64,000 nucleotides of DNA from Pseudomonadota bacterium (lineage in GTDB: Bacteria; Pseudomonadota; Alphaproteobacteria; Rhizobiales; Xanthobacteraceae): contig JAEZMT010000085.1 in assembly GCA_023442085.1 (NCBI GenBank), forward strand, positions 302 through 64,301, in the 5' to 3' direction. The notes below the pieces were generated by a model. That model was not told the origin of the DNA, searched no databases, and saw nothing but the letters and a program-made list of their open reading frames with translations. Positions 58,086-64,000 of this stretch are shown piece after piece. The first letter of the stretch is position 1. Every line of letters starts with the position of its first letter. The translations under genes were made by a program, and so were the position numbers.

Positions 58086-58201
58086 CACTTCCACCTCACC
58101 TTGAACCGCGCCGGGCGCGGCCGGAGCCGGACGCGCGGCGCCCGCTCCCTGAGACAACTCCCTCCCCGCCCGTCGCGTCGGCGCGCCCGGCGGGGTGCTC
58201 T

Positions 58202-59506
58202 TCACTCCGCCGCGACCGGGACCACGGGGTCCGGATGCGGGTTGGCCGCATACTGATCGATGCGCGCCTCGATCACGTGACGATAGTGCCGGATGAGGCC
58301 CTGTACCGGCCACGCAGCGGCATCGCCGAGCGCGCAGATGGTGTGGCCCTCGATCTGGGTGGTCACTTCCAGAAGCAGGTCGATCTCGCGCTTCTGGGCG
58401 CGGCCCTCGGCCATGCGGGAGACCACCCGCCACATCCAGCCGGTGCCCTCGCGGCAGGGCGTGCACTGGCCGCAGCTCTCGTGCTTGAAGAAGGCCGAGA
58501 TGCGGGCGATGGCCTTGATGATGTCGGTGGACTTGTCCATTACCAGCACGCCGGCCGTGCCGAAGGACGACTTCACCGCGCGGGTGCCGTCGAAGTCCAT
58601 GATGAGGTCTTCGCATTGCTCGCCGGGGATCACCGGGCAGGACGCGCCGCCGGGGATGATGCCGAGCAGATTGTCCCAGCCGCCGCGGATGCCGCCGCCG
58701 TGCTTCTCCACGAGCTCCTTGAACGGGATGCTCATGGCCTCTTCCACCACACAGGGCGTGTTCACGTGGCCGGCAAGGGAGAACAGCTTGGTGCCCACAT
58801 TGTTCGGGCGGCCGATGGAGGAGAACCACGCCGCGCCGCGCCGCAGGATGGTGGGCGCGACCGCGATGCTCTCCACGTTGTTCACCGTGGTAGGGCAGCC
58901 GTAGAGGCCCATGTTCGCGGGGAACGGGGGCTTCAGGCGCGGCATGCCCTTCTTGCCCTCGAGGCTCTCCAGCAGCGCAGTTTCCTCGCCGCAGATATAG
59001 GCGCCGGCACCGTGGTGGACATAGAGGTCGAAGGGGTAGCCGTGGACGTTGTCCTTGCCGATGAGGCGCGCCTCATAAGCTTGGTCCACAGCCGCCTGCA
59101 GGCGCTCGCGCTCGAAGATGTATTCGCCGCGGATGTAGATGTAGGCCGCGTGGGCGCCCATGGCGAAGGAGGCGATCAGGCAGCCCTCGATCAGCGTATG
59201 CGGATCGTTGCGCATGATCTCCCGGTCCTTGCAGGTGCCGGGCTCGGATTCGTCGGCGTTCACCACCAGATAATGGGGGCGGCCATCGGACTGCTTCGGC
59301 ATGAAGGACCACTTCATGCCGGTGGAGAAGCCGGCGCCGCCGCGGCCGCGCAGGCCGGACGCCTTCATCTCGTTGATGATCCAGTCGCGGCCCTTCTCCA
59401 GGATGGCCTTGGTGCCGTCCCAGTTGCCGCGCTTGAGGGCGCCCTGAAGACCGAAGTCGTGGAAGCCGTAGAGATTGGTGAAGATGCGGTCCTTGTCGGC
59501 GAGCAT
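58202..59506 (-). CDS. nuoF: NADH-quinone oxidoreductase subunit F
   Basis: [35 protein letters not shown]. Confidence 0.97.
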   Translation of the reverse strand: MLADKDRIFTNLYGFHDFGLQGALKRGNWDGTKAILEKGRDWIINEMKASGLRGRGGAGFSTGMKWSFMPKQSDGRPHYLVVNADESEPGTCKDREIMRNDPHTLIEGCLIASFAMGAHAAYIYIRGEYIFERERLQAAVDQAYEARLIGKDNVHGYPFDLYVHHGAGAYICGEETALLESLEGKKGMPRLKPPFPANMGLYGCPTTVNNVESIAVAPTILRRGAAWFSSIGRPNNVGTKLFSLAGHVNTPCVVEEAMSIPFKELVEKHGGGIRGGWDNLLGIIPGGASCPVIPGEQCEDLIMDFDGTRAVKSSFGTAGVLVMDKSTDIIKAIARISAFFKHESCGQCTPCREGTGWMWRVVSRMAEGRAQKREIDLLLEVTTQIEGHTICALGDAAAWPVQGLIRHYRHVIEARIDQYAANPHPDPVVPVAAE

Positions 59507-59511
59507 GGGCC

Positions 59512-60414
59512 TCACTCCTCCGGATCGCGCACGCCGGTGCCGGTCTTCACCGGCTCACGGTCAGAACCTGTAACGGACGGGCTGGAGGCCTGCGCCTCCG
59601 CGGCGACGGCCTCGCGCTTCTCGCGGGTGTCGGCGCCGTCGGCCGCCTTTTCCTGGGCCGCCGCGACGGCGCCCATGGGATCGGCGGGGCTTCCCTCGGC
59701 GGCACGGTGACGGCCGGCGGAGAGGAGATCGGGCGTCTCGGTCCCGGCAGCAGCCGGCGCCGGCGCTTCGGGCGCGGAGGGCTCGGTGCCCGGCACAGTG
59801 GTGGCGAAGGCATAGAGCGCGGGATCAAGCAGCACGCGCGGGCCGCCCTCGGGCTCGGAGCCCTTGCGGGAATTCTGCGGCCCCACCTTCACCGGACGGC
59901 CGGCGGCGAGATCATCGAGCAGCTTCTCGAAATTCTCGGGGGTCAGGTCTTCGTAATAATCGTCGTTGATCTGCACCATGGGCGCATTGGTGCAGGCGCC
60001 GAGGCATTCCACCTCAAGCCAGGAGAAGGTGCCGTCGGCGGACACATGCCGCTCATGGCCGATCTTCTTCTCGCAGACGTGCTTGATGGCTTCCGCGCCG
60101 CGCAGCATGCAGGGCGTGGTGCCGCACAGCTGCACGAAATACTTCCCCACCGGCTCAAGGTTGAACATGGTGTAGAAGGTAGCGATCTCCAGCACGCGGA
60201 TGTTCGCCATGCCAAGGCGCTCGGCGACCGCGCGGATGGCGGGCTCGGGCAGCCAGCCGCCCGCGGCCTTCTGGGTTTCCCACAGAAGAGGCACCACGGC
60301 GCTGGCCTGCCGGCCTTCCGGATACTTGGCGATCAGCTTCTGCGCGATGGCCTCCAGCTCCGGCGGGAAGCTGAAGCTCTCGGGCTGCTCGGCGGCGAGG
60401 CGGCGGACGGACAT
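59512..60414 (-). CDS. nuoE: NADH-quinone oxidoreductase subunit E with Ala/Pro-rich C-terminal extension
   Basis: CGTTPC, ECLGAC; low-complexity tail. Confidence 0.95.
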   Translation of the reverse strand: MSVRRLAAEQPESFSFPPELEAIAQKLIAKYPEGRQASAVVPLLWETQKAAGGWLPEPAIRAVAERLGMANIRVLEIATFYTMFNLEPVGKYFVQLCGTTPCMLRGAEAIKHVCEKKIGHERHVSADGTFSWLEVECLGACTNAPMVQINDDYYEDLTPENFEKLLDDLAAGRPVKVGPQNSRKGSEPEGGPRVLLDPALYAFATTVPGTEPSAPEAPAPAAAGTETPDLLSAGRHRAAEGSPADPMGAVAAAQEKAADGADTREKREAVAAEAQASSPSVTGSDREPVKTGTGVRDPEE

Positions 60415-60488
60415 GGTTCAGATCCCGCAACAAGCCGCGCGCGGGCCGCGCGCGAGCATCGGGCAAAGGGCGAGCGGAAGGCGGGCCA

Positions 60489-61697
60489 TCAGCGGTCCAC
60501 CTCCCCGAACACGATGTCGAGCGAGCCGAGCACCGCGGAGACGTCGGCCAGCATGTGGCCGCGATTGAGGAAGTCCATGGCCTGCAGGTGCGCGAACCCG
60601 GGAGCGCGAATCTTGCAGCGGTAAGGCTTGTTGGTCCCGTCCGAGACGAGATAGACGCCGAACTCGCCCTTGGGCGCTTCCACCGCCGCATACACGTCGC
60701 CTTCCGGCACGTGGAAGCCTTCGGTGTAGAGCTTGAAGTGGTGGATGAGCGCTTCCATGGAGCGCTTCATCTCGGCCCGCTTCGGCGGCGCGATCTTGTG
60801 GTCCTGGGTGTGGACCGGGCCCGACTCCTTCAGCAGGCGCTCGACGCACTGCTTCATGATGTAGGTCGACTGGCGCATCTCTTCCATGCGGACGAGATAG
60901 CGGTCGTAGCAGTCGCCGTGCTTGCCCACCGGAATGTCGAAGTCGAGTTCCGAATAGCACTCGTAGGGCTGGGAGCGCCTGAGATCCCACGCCGCGCCGG
61001 AGCCGCGCAGCACCGGGCCGGAGAAGCCCCAGGACAGCGCTTCTTCCACCGACACCACGCCGATGTCCACGGTGCGCTGCTTGAAGATGCGGTTGTTGGT
61101 GACGAGGGCGTCGAGGTCCGCCACCAGCTTCAGGAACGGGTCGCAGAAGGCGCCGATGTCTTCCACCAGCTGCCGGGGCAGGTCCTGGTGGACGCCGCCG
61201 GGCCGGAAATAGGCGGCGTGCATGCGGCTGCCGGAGGCGCGCTCATAGAAGATCATGAGCTTCTCGCGCTCCTCGAAGCCCCACAAAGGCGGGGTCAGCG
61301 CGCCCACGTCCATGGCGAACGTGGTGACGTTGAGGAGGTGGGAGAGCAGGCGCCCGATCTCGGAATAGAGCACGCGGATGAGCTGGCCGCGCTTCGGCAC
61401 CTCGATGCCCAGCAGCTTCTCCACCGCGAGGCAGTAGGCGTGCTCCTGGTTCATCGGCGCGCAATAGTCGAGCCGATCGAAATAGGGCACGGCCTGAAGG
61501 TAGGTCTTGGCCTCGATCAGCTTCTCGGTGCCGCGATGGAGGAGGCCGATGTGCGGGTCCACCCGCTCCACCACCTCGCCATCCAGCTCCAGCACGAGGC
61601 GCAGCACGCCGTGCGCCGCAGGATGCTGCGGGCCGAAATTGATCTGGAAGTTGCGGACCTTGTCCGCTGGCTTCATCTCGTCGGCGACATCAACCAT
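60489..61697 (-). CDS. nuoD: NADH-quinone oxidoreductase subunit D
   Basis: [24 protein letters not shown]. Confidence 0.97.
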   Translation of the reverse strand: MVDVADEMKPADKVRNFQINFGPQHPAAHGVLRLVLELDGEVVERVDPHIGLLHRGTEKLIEAKTYLQAVPYFDRLDYCAPMNQEHAYCLAVEKLLGIEVPKRGQLIRVLYSEIGRLLSHLLNVTTFAMDVGALTPPLWGFEEREKLMIFYERASGSRMHAAYFRPGGVHQDLPRQLVEDIGAFCDPFLKLVADLDALVTNNRIFKQRTVDIGVVSVEEALSWGFSGPVLRGSGAAWDLRRSQPYECYSELDFDIPVGKHGDCYDRYLVRMEEMRQSTYIMKQCVERLLKESGPVHTQDHKIAPPKRAEMKRSMEALIHHFKLYTEGFHVPEGDVYAAVEAPKGEFGVYLVSDGTNKPYRCKIRAPGFAHLQAMDFLNRGHMLADVSAVLGSLDIVFGEVDR

Positions 61698-61708
61698 GAG
61701 ACGCTCCC

Positions 61709-62341
61709 TCACCCGGCCTTGGGCGGCGCGGGCGGCTGGCCCGAGGCCTTCTCGTCACCGGGCAGGACGTATTCCACGCCCTCCCACGGCGAGAGGAAGT
61801 CGAAGTTCCGGAACTCCTGCGGCAGGCGGACCGGCTCGTAGACCACGCGCTTCTGGGCGTCGTCGTAGCGCACCTCCACGAAGCCCGTGGTCGGGAAGTC
61901 CTTGCGCAGGGGATGCCCGTCGAAGCCGTAGTCCGTCAAAAGGCGGCGCAGCTCCGGGTGGCCGGTGAACAGGATGCCGTACATGTCGTAGGCCTCCCGC
62001 TCGAACCAGTTGGCACCGGGGAAGACGCCGGTGATGGAGGGCACCGGGGTGTCCTCGTCGGTGGCGACCTTGAGGCGGACGCGGGCGTTCTGCTTCACGG
62101 AGAGCAGGTGGTACACCACGTCGAACCGCTTCTCGCGGGCCGGATAGTCCACGCCGCACACGTCCACGATGCAGGTGAACAGGCAGGCGGGGTCGTCCCG
62201 CAGGAAGGTCACGGCCTTGACGATCTGCGACGGCTCGATGAAGAGCGCCAGCTCGCCATAGGCGATCTCGGTGCCGGTCACCACGCCCGGCAGGGCGCCG
62301 GAGACGTGGGCGGCGAGGTCGTTGAGGGTCTCGTCCATCAC
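61709..62341 (-). CDS. nuoC: NADH-quinone oxidoreductase subunit C
   Basis: [22 protein letters not shown]. Confidence 0.96.
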   Translation of the reverse strand: MMDETLNDLAAHVSGALPGVVTGTEIAYGELALFIEPSQIVKAVTFLRDDPACLFTCIVDVCGVDYPAREKRFDVVYHLLSVKQNARVRLKVATDEDTPVPSITGVFPGANWFEREAYDMYGILFTGHPELRRLLTDYGFDGHPLRKDFPTTGFVEVRYDDAQKRVVYEPVRLPQEFRNFDFLSPWEGVEYVLPGDEKASGQPPAPPKAG

Positions 62342-62353
62342 ACCGGCTCCCGA

Positions 62354-62932
62354 TCAGCGCTCGATGGTGCCGATGCGGCGGATCTTCTTCTGCAGCAGCA
62401 GCACGCCGTAGAGCAGCGCCTCCGCCGTGGGCGGGCAGCCCGGCACGTAGATGTCCACCGGCACGATGCGGTCACAGCCGCGCACCACCGAATAGGAGAA
62501 GTGGTAGTAGCCGCCGCCGTTGGCGCACGAGCCCATGGAGATGACGTAGCGCGGCTCCGGCATCTGGTCATAGACCTTGCGGAAGGCCGGGGCCATCTTG
62601 TTCGTCAGGGTGCCTGCCACGATGATCACGTCGGATTGGCGCGGCGTGGCACGCGGGGCGAAGCCGAAGCGCTCGGCGTCGTAGCGCGGCATCGACATCT
62701 GCATCATCTCGACCGCGCAGCACGCGAGCCCGAAGGTCATCCACATGAGGGACCCGGTTCGCGCCCAGGTGATCAGATCCTCGGCGGTCGTGACCACGAA
62801 GCCCTTGTCGGCGAGCTCGGCGTTGACCTCGCGGAAGAACGGATCGCGCGCCCCAACCGGCTGCCCCGTCGAAGGATCGATGATGCCACGCGGTGCCGGT
62901 GCAATCGCGGTCTGGGAGGCGGTCAGTCCCAT
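62354..62932 (-). CDS. nuoB: NADH-quinone oxidoreductase subunit B
   Basis: [23 protein letters not shown]. Confidence 0.97.
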   Translation of the reverse strand: MGLTASQTAIAPAPRGIIDPSTGQPVGARDPFFREVNAELADKGFVVTTAEDLITWARTGSLMWMTFGLACCAVEMMQMSMPRYDAERFGFAPRATPRQSDVIIVAGTLTNKMAPAFRKVYDQMPEPRYVISMGSCANGGGYYHFSYSVVRGCDRIVPVDIYVPGCPPTAEALLYGVLLLQKKIRRIGTIER

Positions 62933-63288
62933 TCCAGCGCTCCCTTCTTCCACTCGTAGATGAAGCCGATCGTGAGGATGGCCAGGAAAATCATCATCGA
63001 CCAGAAGCCGTACCAGCCGAGGTCGCCGAAGGTGATGGCCCAGGGGAAGAGGAACGCCACTTCGAGGTCGAAAATGATGAACAGGATGGCGACGAGATAG
63101 AACCGGATGTCGAACTTCATCCGGGCGTCGTCAAACGCATTGAAGCCGCACTCGTAGGCCGAGAGCTTCTCCGGATCGGGACTCTTGTAGGCCAGCAGGA
63201 ACGGGGCAACGAGAAGCGCTGCCGCGATCACCACCGAGACGCCGATGAAGATGATGAGAGGTAGGTAGTCAGATACGACTGCGTTCAT
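62923..63288 (-). CDS. nuoA: NADH-quinone oxidoreductase subunit A
   Basis: [26 protein letters not shown]. Confidence 0.97.
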   Translation of the reverse strand: MNAVVSDYLPLIIFIGVSVVIAAALLVAPFLLAYKSPDPEKLSAYECGFNAFDDARMKFDIRFYLVAILFIIFDLEVAFLFPWAITFGDLGWYGFWSMMIFLAILTIGFIYEWKKGALEWD

Positions 63289-63484
63289 TCGCCACCTGCG
63301 AACGCGGACAGGTCAGGGGCCGGAACGCGTTGGGTTGCTTGTCTTTGAGGCAGATATGGCCGCGAGCCGGACCGTCCGCAAAGCGTGCGGCTCGATTATC
63401 GCAGCGGTTCTAAAGTGACAAGCCGTCGCTGCGACGCACAAGCGTGTTTCCGGCTTGTTTCGAAACTCGGCCCGGCGGGGCCGG

Positions 63485-63922
63485 TCAGCCGATCCCTGCG
63501 GCGCGGTCCGCAGCCGCCGCTGCCTTCTCCTGCGCCCTACGCGCCGCCTCGTCGCCTGAGCGCTCAGAGCGCGCCCTCGCCTCGCACTTGGCGCGCAGCT
63601 CATCGAGTTCCTCGTCCGTAAGATGCTCGATGCCGATGTAGACGTTCTGAGCCGCGCTCGCCCGGATCAGCTCGTCGAGCTTGGTCTGGATGGCGGCGCC
63701 GTCCCGATTCTGGGTGTTCTGGATGAGGAACACCATCAGGAACGTGACGATCGTCGTGCCGGTGTTGATCACCAGCTGCCAGGCATCCGAGTAGTGGAAC
63801 AAGGGGCCGGTAACAGCCCAGACAGCTATGAGGAAAACCGCGAGAGCGAAGGTCAGCGGCTTGCCGCTGGCATGCGCCACGAAGTTCGAGAATTGGACGA
63901 AGTGCTTGCTGAAGGTCGGCAT
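63485..63922 (-). CDS. Low-affinity iron permease (Fet4-like) family protein
   Basis: WQLVINTGTTIVTFLMVFLIQNTQNRD..AIQTKLDELI. Confidence 0.88.
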   Translation of the reverse strand: MPTFSKHFVQFSNFVAHASGKPLTFALAVFLIAVWAVTGPLFHYSDAWQLVINTGTTIVTFLMVFLIQNTQNRDGAAIQTKLDELIRASAAQNVYIGIEHLTDEELDELRAKCEARARSERSGDEAARRAQEKAAAAADRAAGIG

Positions 63923-63969
63923 GGCGAAGGCACTCGGGGCGCATCACCGCGGCGTGGCCGGAATCAAAC

Positions 63970-63995
63970 AATGCGGAAGAGGGCAAAGAGGTCCC
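63970..63995 (-). promoter_or_regulatory. Possible sigma-EcfG (general stress) promoter
   Basis: Minus strand GGGAC-N17-CATT upstream of the Fet4-like gene. Confidence 0.4.
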
Positions 63996-64000
63996 AAAGA

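Overview
GC-rich alphaproteobacterial chromosome segment (Hyphomicrobiales; Xanthobacteraceae-like is my inference from gene order and protein style). The right part (~38.2-64 kb) is core genome: azlD/azlC, tRNA-Leu(TAA), doxX, an A-type Fe-S carrier, a PAS-GGDEF-EAL protein, DUF1467-mce-rnj-birA, a complete nuoA-N operon and a Fet4-like permease. The left part (1-38.1 kb) is accessory DNA ending at the 3' end of an initiator tRNA-Met. A 69-bp imperfect direct repeat (16949-17017 and 38033-38101), a serine-recombinase remnant and a possible third att relic (~15.46 kb) point to a tandem array of immobilised islands. The cargo is: (A) a peptide-type ABC importer, cytoplasmic Mo sulfoxide reductase, hydantoinase/oxoprolinase A/B, SDR, MetC-like C-S lyase and VOC protein under a duplicated palindromic operator; (B) an orphan GAF-HWE kinase; (C) a ~20-kb CoA-dependent catabolic cluster with TRAP importer, CoA ligase, two ACAD-fold enzymes (one DszC/SfnB-like), flavin reductase, four-domain rhodanese, split MaoC pair, split three-part biotin carboxylase, crotonase, thiolase, FAD oxidoreductase, an EnuR-like MocR regulator and shared operator motifs. 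Clusters A and C look like uncharacterised organosulfur catabolic pathways; their substrates cannot be read from sequence. Family calls come from motif recognition, not database searches.
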